The notes beneath the pieces are model-generated. The model saw only the letters and a list, made by a program, of their open reading frames with translations. It was not told the origin of the DNA and searched no databases. Source: an uncultured Fibrobacteria bacterium (GTDB taxonomy: Bacteria; Fibrobacterota; Fibrobacteria; UBA11236). From it: a DNA stretch of 64,000 nt. The translations under genes were made by a program, and so were the position numbers. This document shows positions 37,233 to 46,322 of this stretch, one piece after another. Every line of letters starts with the position of its first letter. Within the stretch, counting starts at the first letter, position 1. The stretch spans positions 3,520,001 through 3,584,000 of the forward strand of contig OY970309.1 in assembly GCA_963716395.1 (NCBI GenBank), read 5' to 3'.

Positions 37233-38828
37233 ATGCGCAGCTTCCGCCGGATCCTGTGGGCAGCCTGCATCGGCTGTACGGCCTGTTCGTTGCAATTCGA
37301 CAATCCCGAACAGGCGACCGAACAAAAAATATCCACGGTTTTTCCCCTGTCGTTTCCGGCCCTGAGCGGCCGCTGGGTCGCTGACAGCACCTATACCCTG
37401 TCGGACACGCGCGCCACCCAACTCGGTGACGGCAATGTGGTGCTGGAGTTCCGGCCCGATTCGACTTTCTGGGCGCAGGACAGCGGCGGAAGCATTTTTC
37501 CGGCGCCGCGCTTCGGCGCTTTCCACCTGCTCGGCGACAGCCTGCTCCTGCATCCGGATTCGGGATCGGCCTATGCCGCCCAGGCCACCCTGCGCTTCCT
37601 GGGAAATTACCTGGAACTCTATCTGCCGCAACAGCAGCGTTACGTGGAATTCCACAAGCTGAAACCGCCCGATACCCTGGCTCTTTCCGCCTGGCTGGAA
37701 AACCGGCTCTGGCTGGTCGTCGCGCGCGAAGCGGGTTCGGGCGGGGTGCAACCCGAATCGCTGCGCACCGATTTCGACTACGCGGTTTTTCACGGAGATT
37801 CGCTGCGCTGGTTGTATGACCATCATGGCTTGCCCCACTCCGACAGCGAACTCTTCACCGTGGATAGCAATGTCTTCGGATACACATTGCAGTCCGCCGC
37901 CTCCGGTTCCTCCTGGCTTTTGCAATGGGTGCAGGCGGATACCCTGCGGCTTTGGCCTTTGCATTCCGGCCAACCCGACTCGGGGTTTTTGCAATGCGCC
38001 GCCTACGCACATCCGCATCCGTTCGACCTGAACTGCGCTTTTCTGACCCGCTATTGGCGGGGCGACAGCCTCTATCGCGACGGCGGTTGGCAGGCCTTTC
38101 AGTACGGATATTATTACGACCTCGGCTGGGACACGGCGCATCGCGTGGCCGCCACCACCAACACCACGGATCTTCCGCGTTTCCGGGCCTGGGACATCGA
38201 TTCGGGCCGCCTGCTTTTGTCCGACTCCGTCTCGACCCAAGCCTTCGTGCTCGACAGCAGCGACACGTCACACTTTTATATTCATAGCGTAACGACTCCA
38301 TCGGATTTGGAATTGCGGCGTTACGGCTTTACGGCCGTGGATTCGGCGCAGGTGAATGCCGATCCCATTTTCCGCTTCACCACCGCGCCCTATGCCCGCG
38401 TGGCCCTGGGCGGCGACACCCTGGCCTATTACTGGTTCGACGACTATGCCCGCACCGACCTGCCCGCCTCCCGCTTCGAGGTGTTCGGAATTTTCGCCCG
38501 CGACACCCTGTCGCTGATCGCGCAATGGCCCGAAGGTCCGCAAACCTTTTCCTCCGCCCTGGCGGGCTTTCGCTTCGCCTTTGCCGGCCGCAATGACACG
38601 CTGGGGCGTTTCATCTGCCAGGCGGATTCCTCAGCGCCGTTCGCCTTGCGGCTGCTGACCAGCACGGAGACTCGCCTCGTTCCCGGGAATTTTCAAGGGA
38701 GTTGCAAGGTCACCCAAGCCGAGCGCGCTGCGGGCGTGCCCGCCGATTCTTTGCTCCCGGTTTCCGGGGATTTTCGCTTCGTAGTCTCCAGTCCCGAACC
38801 TTTGCAATCCCCCTTATGGCAGCCGTGA
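37233..38828 (+). CDS. Hypothetical lipoprotein with repeated beta-rich domains
   Basis: MRSFRRILWAACIGCTAC lipobox-like signal; alternative start 37224. Confidence 0.7.
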   Translation: MRSFRRILWAACIGCTACSLQFDNPEQATEQKISTVFPLSFPALSGRWVADSTYTLSDTRATQLGDGNVVLEFRPDSTFWAQDSGGSIFPAPRFGAFHLLGDSLLLHPDSGSAYAAQATLRFLGNYLELYLPQQQRYVEFHKLKPPDTLALSAWLENRLWLVVAREAGSGGVQPESLRTDFDYAVFHGDSLRWLYDHHGLPHSDSELFTVDSNVFGYTLQSAASGSSWLLQWVQADTLRLWPLHSGQPDSGFLQCAAYAHPHPFDLNCAFLTRYWRGDSLYRDGGWQAFQYGYYYDLGWDTAHRVAATTNTTDLPRFRAWDIDSGRLLLSDSVSTQAFVLDSSDTSHFYIHSVTTPSDLELRRYGFTAVDSAQVNADPIFRFTTAPYARVALGGDTLAYYWFDDYARTDLPASRFEVFGIFARDTLSLIAQWPEGPQTFSSALAGFRFAFAGRNDTLGRFICQADSSAPFALRLLTSTETRLVPGNFQGSCKVTQAERAAGVPADSLLPVSGDFRFVVSSPEPLQSPLWQP

Positions 38829-39734
38829 ACGGGAGCGAGATTTCGGACCGGCCTCCGCTGTCCCTCGTCATCCCCACCTTGGGCCGCACCGAAATTTTAT
38901 GGAACACCGTGCGACAATTGCGGCCCCAATTGCGCGGTTCGGATGAAATCGTGATCGTCGATCAAAACCGGCCGCCGCTGCGACCGCCTCCCGACGTGAT
39001 CGACGCTTCCTTTCGGCATCTGACCCAAGCTACGGCTTCGCTGACACGCGCCCGCAACCGCGGGCTCGACGCCGCCCGCCATGACCGCGTGATCTTTCTC
39101 GATGACGACATCGAGCCGCGCCCGGATCTGCTGCAAAACTTTTCCCAGGCCGCCGACCGTGCATCCGCAGCGTCTGCTGACCGGCCGTATCGAACAGGAG
39201 GAGTGTGATCCCCGGCTCGACGGTGTGGGCTTCGTCGATCGCGACTCGGGAGAAATCCGCACCGATTACACCAAAGCCATTCGCGGCCCGGTGCCCTTTT
39301 TCCCCGGCGGGCTGGTGCTAATGCGCAAATCCGAGCTTGCAGGCCTGCGATTTTGCCCGAAGTTTCGTGGCGCGGCCCAAGGCGAAGAAATCGATTTTGC
39401 CCTGCGCTGCGCGCAGCGCGGGCTGGAGGTGATTTCCGATCCGGAAATCGGCATACGCCATCTCAAAGCGTCCACCGGGGGCTGCCGCAGCGAAACCTGG
39501 CAACGCCGCTTCTTTGTGGATGAAGTATTCAACCGTTCCCTGTTCTATGGCCGGCATGGGCATTGGCGGCGCCTGCAAAAATTTCTGATGCGCCTCAAGG
39601 GGTTTTGCGAATTTCACACGCGCGGCGCAAGGGGCCGTCGCTGGGGCCTGCTGCTGCGATCGGCCCTGGCTTTAGCGTCGGGGTTTTTGACCGGGGCCCG
39701 TCTACGCGTTCACGACGCCGTGGCGGGCCGATGA
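38825..39734 (+). pseudogene. GT2 glycosyltransferase interrupted by a frameshift near 39161
   Basis: SLVIPT.GR, ARNRG and FLDDD in one frame; GEEIDF and HL..STGGCR in the next; removing one base near 39161 joins them. Confidence 0.75.
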
Positions 39735-39755
39735 TCTGACCTCGCAGCGACCGCT

Positions 39756-40616
39756 TCATGCAATGCGGTCGAGCCCATACTTGCCGTGATCCAAAACCAA
39801 GGCCGCGGGAAAGGCGTCGAGTGGCAAACGGCCTTCGCGTTCGAGCCGGCGCAGCGCGGCTTCGGGGCCACCGCAAGCGGTCGCATGGTGTTCCGCGATC
39901 AGGGCGGCCGACTCGCGGCCGCGGGTCAAGGTTTTGTGCCGGGCCCCGGAAGCCGCGAATTCTTCCAGGCGCGCGCGCCAGGTGGGATCGATGAAATGGG
40001 GGCGGTACTTCACCTGTGGAAAGGCCCGGGCAATCACCCGAAAGGCCGCGAGATTTTCGCGGCTATCGTCATAAAACGCGATGTCATTATAACCGCGTCC
40101 CACCAGATCTTGCGCCAAAACCAACGCCTTGCGCTCGGGGATACGCAGTTCCCCAAAAGTCCGGCCGCGATACGGGCCGGGCAAGGCGAAGCCCGACTTG
40201 TGGCGCAGAAAACGCGCGTCGGAGAGATTGAAAATCAGGGAGTTGCGCAGGCGTACGCCGAACAGGCCCGCGAACAGGCGGATGAGGAAAGGCGCATGCA
40301 GACGCTTGTCGCCGCGCGCCGTCAGCACCGCGAACTCGCTGCGGGTGCCGCGTCGCCGCAAGGTTTCGATGATGGCCGCGGTATATTTCACCACGGTGCC
40401 GCGCGCCAGAATTCCCACGTCGGAAAAATCGTCGAAGCCGAAGGCTTCTCCCGACCGCAGGACATAACCGGTGAACTCGGCCGGAGTTAACACCCGGGTT
40501 TCGCGGCCGGCGGCATCGAAAACCCGCACCTTGGCGTCGGTGCGCATCAAGGTGTCGTCGAGGTCAAAAACGTGTATGCTCTTGCGCGCCGGCGGGTCTG
40601 TGCGTTCGCTCGACAT
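39756..40616 (-). CDS. HAD-superfamily protein
   Basis: Motif I FDLDDT, motif II VLTARG, motif III K, motif IV FYDDSRENL. Confidence 0.75.
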   Translation of the reverse strand: MSSERTDPPARKSIHVFDLDDTLMRTDAKVRVFDAAGRETRVLTPAEFTGYVLRSGEAFGFDDFSDVGILARGTVVKYTAAIIETLRRRGTRSEFAVLTARGDKRLHAPFLIRLFAGLFGVRLRNSLIFNLSDARFLRHKSGFALPGPYRGRTFGELRIPERKALVLAQDLVGRGYNDIAFYDDSRENLAAFRVIARAFPQVKYRPHFIDPTWRARLEEFAASGARHKTLTRGRESAALIAEHHATACGGPEAALRRLEREGRLPLDAFPAALVLDHGKYGLDRIA

Positions 40617-40692
40617 GGAAACAGAGAACTTAAATTAACGCCATGCGTTCCGCTCCCCGTTCGGCCTTGGGACCGGAATTCCGCCCGAGCCG

Positions 40693-43122
40693 GTGCTGAG
40701 CGTGTTCACCCCGCTGTGCAAATTCTTCTTTCGCCTGCAACAGCGCCCGGCCTGGACCTTGGCCGCGGCGTTGTGCGCCACCTTGCTGGCGCTTTTTCCC
40801 TTGCAGGATTTCCGCGTGCATGCGGCGGGTTCGGATTTGCTCCCCCGAGAGTGGCCCAGCGTCAAGGCCTGGAAAAATTTCGGCCGCAAATTCGGCAGCG
40901 CCGGCCGGCTCACCGTGGTGGTGCATTCGTCCAAGCCCAAGGCCAATCTGGCTGTAATCGAAGGGCTGGCGCGCGCACTGTCGTCGGATCCGCAGGTGAA
41001 CTTTCTGGAATACCGCACCGCGGCCGAATTCTACCGCAGCCATCCCCTGCTGTACATTTCCCTGGCCGACCTGCGCGAAGTCGAACGCCGCGTGCAAACC
41101 GGATTCTGGATCAACCGCAGCAAGCGCAACCCGCTCATCGTCGATCTGCTCACCCCGGAGCAGAAACAAAGCGCCTTTGACGCCACCAGTTTCGGAGACT
41201 TGGAAGCCAAGTACTTCTCCCGGCTTAAAGATCTTTTGGGTTCGACCGATTCCACCACCTTGATCCTGCGCATTTACCCAAGCTTCGACGCCACCGACAT
41301 CCACGCCTGCCGGGCCTTTTTGCGCACCGTGCAAAGCCGGGCCGATGCCATTGCGGCCGACTCGGGACGCGGAGTGGAAATCTTGTATACGGGCGAGGTG
41401 ATGCACAACATCGAAAACGAAGGCCGTCTGTTTACGCGGGCCATACAAACCACGCGGGAAGCCCTGTTGCTTTCGGGTGCGTTGTTGCTGGTCATCTTTT
41501 TTCGCTTTCCCATCGGGGCCTTGCTGGCCCTGCTTCCCGTGGGCATGGCGGTGGTGTGGACTTTGGCCCTGACCCAATTGTGGATTGGCCCGTTGGGCAT
41601 CATTTCGGCGCCGCTCGGACTCTTGCTGGTGGGCCTGGGTTTTTGCGGCGTCATCCATCTACTGTCGCGCTATGCCGAAGAACGGCGCAAGCGCTTGAGC
41701 GCGCCCGTGGCCTTCGAGACCATCATTCTCGAAACCGGTCCCGCCATCGCGGCCGGACTGCTCACCCTGGCCTTGGCCTTTCTCGCCTTTCTGGGCACCG
41801 ACTTTCGCGTCATGGGGAAGTTCGGGCTTATGGCCGGCATCGGTATGCTGTGCACCTTGGTGGCCCTGCTGGCGGTGTTTCCCAGCCTGCTGCGGTTGGT
41901 CGAGCCCGCCGGACTCCTACACCCCTTCGGACGGCGGCTGTACAATTTTTCCGGCGCCTCGCCGGTTTCCTTTGCGCGGCCCGGGCTGGGGCTTTTGGCC
42001 GCAGCCGCCGTAACCGCGGCGCTCCTCGGGCACGGCCCGCAATTCCGCTTCCAATACGACTTTCATGCCCTGGGTTTTCCGGCCGCCAACCAGCGCGCCG
42101 ACAGTTTGATCGCGGCCTCCGGCGAAGCGCAGGAAACCCCGGCGGTGTTTCTGGCCTCAAACCATGCCGACGCCCAGGCCATCGCCGAAGTTTTGCGCAA
42201 ACGCAAAATCGAAGACGGCCGCACCACGGCCATCGGAGAAGTCGCCACCCTGGCCGATTTGCTGCCCACGGATCAAGCGGAGAAAATCCGTATCGCCTCG
42301 CACTTGCGCCGTTCCATTACGCCGCGCGTAATCGCCGAAGCGCGCGAGCCCCTGCATGCGAATCTCGTCACCCTGACCCAGAACTGGCCCACGCGTCCGC
42401 TGGGCGTGGACGATCTTCCCTTGGAATACCGCAAGAAATTCCTGGGCCGGGAGCATACGCCCGGCGTGTTCACCTACGTGTTTCCCGCCATCGACTCGGC
42501 CGAAGGGGTGAACTCGCTGCGTTTCGCCGCCGAGGTGCGCTCGATCACCCTACCCGACGGCCGAACCTATTACGCCGGAGGGTGGCCCGTGGTGTACGGC
42601 GACCTGGTATCGCACATGTTACCCGATTTGCGGCGGGCCTTGCTGCTCGGGGTGCTGGCCATTTTCGCCGTGCTGCTCCTGACGGTGCGATCGGCGCGCG
42701 GCGCACTCACCCTGCTGCTGCCGGTGCTGACGACCGCCCTGTGGCTGCTGGGCGCTATGAAGTGGATGCATCTCAAGCTCAACCCCTTCAACGTGATCGC
42801 CTTTCCCGTGGCCATGGCCTATGCCACCATCCACAGCCTCCACCTCTACCACCGGTACGAAGAAGAAGGCCGGGGCGCCCTGCGCTTCGTGCTCAAACGC
42901 ACGGGCGGCACAGCCCTGATCGCCACGGCAATCGGCGCCACGGGCTTCGTACCCATGTCGTTCTTCGGCCACCGGGGCATGGCGTCATTGGGCGTCTGCA
43001 CCGTGGCGGGGCTGGGGTTCAGCCTGATCTCGACGTTGCTCATCGTACCGTCGGTGTTTGGAATCTGGGAATCCAAACGCCGGCGACGCGAGGCCCTGCG
43101 CGCTTTGCCCGGCCAGAATTAA
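40693..43122 (+). CDS. MMPL/RND family transporter
   Basis: 809 aa with two repeats of one TM + periplasmic domain + about five TMs; YTGE, HLLSRY.EER, FGLMAGIG, HRGMASLG; start uncertain. Confidence 0.85.
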   Translation: MLSVFTPLCKFFFRLQQRPAWTLAAALCATLLALFPLQDFRVHAAGSDLLPREWPSVKAWKNFGRKFGSAGRLTVVVHSSKPKANLAVIEGLARALSSDPQVNFLEYRTAAEFYRSHPLLYISLADLREVERRVQTGFWINRSKRNPLIVDLLTPEQKQSAFDATSFGDLEAKYFSRLKDLLGSTDSTTLILRIYPSFDATDIHACRAFLRTVQSRADAIAADSGRGVEILYTGEVMHNIENEGRLFTRAIQTTREALLLSGALLLVIFFRFPIGALLALLPVGMAVVWTLALTQLWIGPLGIISAPLGLLLVGLGFCGVIHLLSRYAEERRKRLSAPVAFETIILETGPAIAAGLLTLALAFLAFLGTDFRVMGKFGLMAGIGMLCTLVALLAVFPSLLRLVEPAGLLHPFGRRLYNFSGASPVSFARPGLGLLAAAAVTAALLGHGPQFRFQYDFHALGFPAANQRADSLIAASGEAQETPAVFLASNHADAQAIAEVLRKRKIEDGRTTAIGEVATLADLLPTDQAEKIRIASHLRRSITPRVIAEAREPLHANLVTLTQNWPTRPLGVDDLPLEYRKKFLGREHTPGVFTYVFPAIDSAEGVNSLRFAAEVRSITLPDGRTYYAGGWPVVYGDLVSHMLPDLRRALLLGVLAIFAVLLLTVRSARGALTLLLPVLTTALWLLGAMKWMHLKLNPFNVIAFPVAMAYATIHSLHLYHRYEEEGRGALRFVLKRTGGTALIATAIGATGFVPMSFFGHRGMASLGVCTVAGLGFSLISTLLIVPSVFGIWESKRRRREALRALPGQN

Positions 43123-44439
43123 CAAGATGGGAAAGGCCGGCAAGGCGTAGCGCGTAAAGCCCAGTTGCAAGGCCGGGATGACGAATAGATAGGCGGCTAC
43201 CGCCCCGGCGGGCAACAGAGAATCCGAACGCCGCCGACGGTCCCAAAGCCAACCGGCCAAAGCAAAAACCACCCACACCAGTGGCGGCTGATAGATGAGC
43301 CCACGCTCGATGCGCTGCAGCCAGGGCGGGAGAACGAACCAAGTCCCGAGCAAGGAGGTGGGATATTCTTCGTCGCATTTACCCAGCAAGCGCTTGGCTT
43401 CGTTGCTTACCGAACGCAAATAGAGCCCCGGATGTCCGCGCACCCAACCGAGGGAACGTCGAGTCAAGATTTGATCGGCGTCGCGGATTTGCGGCCCGGT
43501 GCGAACGCCCAGGGCTGTTTCCAGATCATGCGGCAGCGCGTTGGCCGCCCAGGAGATGGGGTGTTGGTAGGCAGGATTCCAGGTTCCGGTTTGTTTCCGC
43601 GCCGCGGGAAGATACCGCTCTACGAAATTCCATTCCGGTGAGTTCGCCTCGGCCAGCGCGAAATAAGCGACATGGGTGTAGGCGTTGACCCCGAAAGCCA
43701 CCGAACGCCGCCAGACGCCGTAATGCCAGCCATTCCATACCGCGCCCGAAGCGGCGACCCCCGTGGCCAGCAGTACGCCCCCGATCGCGAGACGCACCTT
43801 GCGGCGATCGCGCAGCCAGCCCATTCCCACCGCCGCAGCCAGCAACCCCAGCAGGGCCAAATCCCCCACTTGCCGGGTCAAGCTGGCCAATCCGATGGCC
43901 AGACAAAGCGCCAGGAACTTGCCGGGCGAGAAGCGGACTTGGATTTCCATCCCCAAAGCGATCGCGGCCAGAAGCAGAAAGGAAAAAAGCGTGGTGTCGA
44001 GAATGCGCAGCGGTTCGAACAGCCACAGGGAATCGAAGAGAAACAGAAACAGAATCCAGGTGCGCACGGCCGGCCGCCAGGCGAGCAAGGCGGAGAGGCG
44101 CAGCAGCAAAGCGCCCATCCCCAGCTTGAGCAGGCATTGCGCCCCGGTCGCGGCCGACAAAGACCAAAACGGTTTCAGGAAAAGCGGATACAGCTTGGGC
44201 CGGTACAGAATGGAACGTAAATCGGTTTCCAAACCATGGGCCAGTCGGTAAAAACCCCGGCTGTCGGGATTGGCGAGGGAGGGAACGGCGTGACTCCACA
44301 TTGCGAATTGCAGCCAGGCCCCGGCGGCAAACACGGCCATCCAGCCATAACGGCGAAACCAGACCCGGCGTTCGCCGATCAGCATCAGCATGAGCACCAG
44401 GGCCGGCAGTAAAACCGGGAAAAGCCAGGGCGATCCCAT
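42985..44439 (-). CDS. Multi-pass membrane protein, GT-C-like
   Basis: Many TM segments, NPDS early loop, RPKLYPLF, EPLRILDTTLF, C-terminal TRYALP. Confidence 0.6.
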   Translation of the reverse strand: MGSPWLFPVLLPALVLMLMLIGERRVWFRRYGWMAVFAAGAWLQFAMWSHAVPSLANPDSRGFYRLAHGLETDLRSILYRPKLYPLFLKPFWSLSAATGAQCLLKLGMGALLLRLSALLAWRPAVRTWILFLFLFDSLWLFEPLRILDTTLFSFLLLAAIALGMEIQVRFSPGKFLALCLAIGLASLTRQVGDLALLGLLAAAVGMGWLRDRRKVRLAIGGVLLATGVAASGAVWNGWHYGVWRRSVAFGVNAYTHVAYFALAEANSPEWNFVERYLPAARKQTGTWNPAYQHPISWAANALPHDLETALGVRTGPQIRDADQILTRRSLGWVRGHPGLYLRSVSNEAKRLLGKCDEEYPTSLLGTWFVLPPWLQRIERGLIYQPPLVWVVFALAGWLWDRRRRSDSLLPAGAVAAYLFVIPALQLGFTRYALPAFPILLILAGQSAQGLASPAFGFPDSKHRRYDEQRRDQAEPQPRHGADAQ

Positions 44440-44513
44440 CGGAAGATTATCGCTTAAATAACGAGCACCCCGAACCTGTTTTCGCCCGGCGGAACCAGGG
44501 TACAATCAGGGCC

Positions 44514-46286
44514 ATGCCCTCCGATCCGGATCAGCGCAGTCCGTTTTTCATCGCCTTATACAGCGCCTTTCTGTTGGAGTTCGTGGCCACGCCGCTGTGG
44601 AATTGGTTTCCCGGACAGGCGGAGAAATGCGCGCTGGTGGCCGCCATTTCCTTCAGCGGATTGATCTGGGCCTATTGGGCGGCCGAGCGCTGGCAACCCG
44701 GGCGACCGCCCTGGGCCGGCAGCGGCGGGTGGACGGCCGCGGCGGCCGCCATCGCAGTGCTGGCGCTGAACTTCACCGCCGTGCAAAGCGGCCTACCCTG
44801 GCGCGGCGACGAAGACTTCCACCTGCGCTTCACCTGGGCCTTGGCGCAATGGCTTCCCCATTTGTTCCCCATCGTGGGTCTGATGGCCGCCGTGTGGATC
44901 TGGTCTTGGCTTCGGCCCTGGCCCTTGCGCAGCCGCCGCACTTTGGCCGCCTCCCTCCTCTTGGCCGTCGGTGTTTTCCTGTTGGCGCGGCGCCTGCATT
45001 TCGATTATTACCCGGCCTTGCGTTACCCGTATTTTCTGCGTTACCTAAGCGCGCCGCCCGTGGCCCTGGCCGCGCGCCTGGGGCACACCTTTCCGCCGCC
45101 GGAATTCCTGTTCCGACTGATTCCCATGCTGGCCGCGGCCGCCATGGTTTGGGTCACGATTCCGACGTCGTCCCGATCGCGCTTACTGCCGATCGGATTT
45201 GTGGTTTATCTGGCCTCCATTCCCCTGCTCTGGTATTACAGCTCCATCCTGTATCTGGAATTGCCCGCGGCGTTTCTGCTGACCGTGGTCTGCCTGCATG
45301 CCGAAGAACTGCTCGCCGATGCCAACGCCTTTTCCCGGGCTTGGCCGGCGCTGCTTTTCATCGGCTTCATCAAAGAAACCACCTTGCCGTTTTTATTGGC
45401 CTTTGTGCTGTGCAGGGCCGCAACCGGGCTGAGGCCAAACGACCGGCGACTGGCCTGGATCATCCGGCAAAGCCGAACGGCCTATTGCGCGCTTTGGCCC
45501 TTGCTGCTGTATCTCCTCTTCCGTTTCCACCTCGGCAACCCGCGCCATTATGTCTTTCATCCGCAGCATCTGCTCTTGCCGCTGTTATGGAAAACCGACG
45601 CCTTTTCCTGGCTGCAACAGTTCGGTGTACTGCTGCTGTTTGCCGCCGTTGGAGCCTTTTTGCTGCTGCGTCGCCGCCGTTTTCCGACCGTCGTATTTTT
45701 ATCCCTGACCCTGGCGGGACCCGTTCTGGTTCATCTTCTGGATACCGAGGATTACGTCGGCTTGGGCCGATTCAATCTGCTGCTACTGCCGGGATTGCTG
45801 GCGCTGAGCCGGGAAACCTTCGCCCTCCTGCTGCGCAAACCGGGTTGGGCCGCGGCGGCGTTAACCGCAGCCATCGCCGTGAATTTTTGCATGACGCCCA
45901 TACACCTGGACGGCAGCAAGGTTCCCCGTTGGGGAAATTACCTGTGCGATGAGGGCGAGCATTATTATTCCTATCGCGCCGCCTTTCGTTGGATTGACGC
46001 AAATGCACCCGGGCAAGACCTGAAAATCACCGGACTCGATTATCCCTATTGGACCGCTTTTTACCATCCGGCCGTGCGTCGTCTCTTCGTCGATTCCATG
46101 CCCCGGCCGTGCGACGAGAGTCGGGCCCTCGACTCGATCCTGTTGGTGTCACGCCCGCAGGGCTTCGGGTTGATCCTGTTTCAGGTGCGCGGAAAAAATT
46201 TGCCGGCGTGGCAGAGCGAAGTCTACGCGGAAACGACCTTTGCCAACGAGGCCCAAGCGCTGATGCTGTTCGTCGCCAAGCCGTAA
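44514..46286 (+). CDS. Multi-pass membrane protein, GT-C-like
   Basis: WRGDEDFH (DE motif in first loop), YLELP, IKET, RFNL; soluble C-terminal domain. Confidence 0.6.
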   Translation: MPSDPDQRSPFFIALYSAFLLEFVATPLWNWFPGQAEKCALVAAISFSGLIWAYWAAERWQPGRPPWAGSGGWTAAAAAIAVLALNFTAVQSGLPWRGDEDFHLRFTWALAQWLPHLFPIVGLMAAVWIWSWLRPWPLRSRRTLAASLLLAVGVFLLARRLHFDYYPALRYPYFLRYLSAPPVALAARLGHTFPPPEFLFRLIPMLAAAAMVWVTIPTSSRSRLLPIGFVVYLASIPLLWYYSSILYLELPAAFLLTVVCLHAEELLADANAFSRAWPALLFIGFIKETTLPFLLAFVLCRAATGLRPNDRRLAWIIRQSRTAYCALWPLLLYLLFRFHLGNPRHYVFHPQHLLLPLLWKTDAFSWLQQFGVLLLFAAVGAFLLLRRRRFPTVVFLSLTLAGPVLVHLLDTEDYVGLGRFNLLLLPGLLALSRETFALLLRKPGWAAAALTAAIAVNFCMTPIHLDGSKVPRWGNYLCDEGEHYYSYRAAFRWIDANAPGQDLKITGLDYPYWTAFYHPAVRRLFVDSMPRPCDESRALDSILLVSRPQGFGLILFQVRGKNLPAWQSEVYAETTFANEAQALMLFVAKP

Positions 46287-46322
46287 TTGAGGATTTGCCG
46301 GCCGTTCCTCACATCGGCGAAA

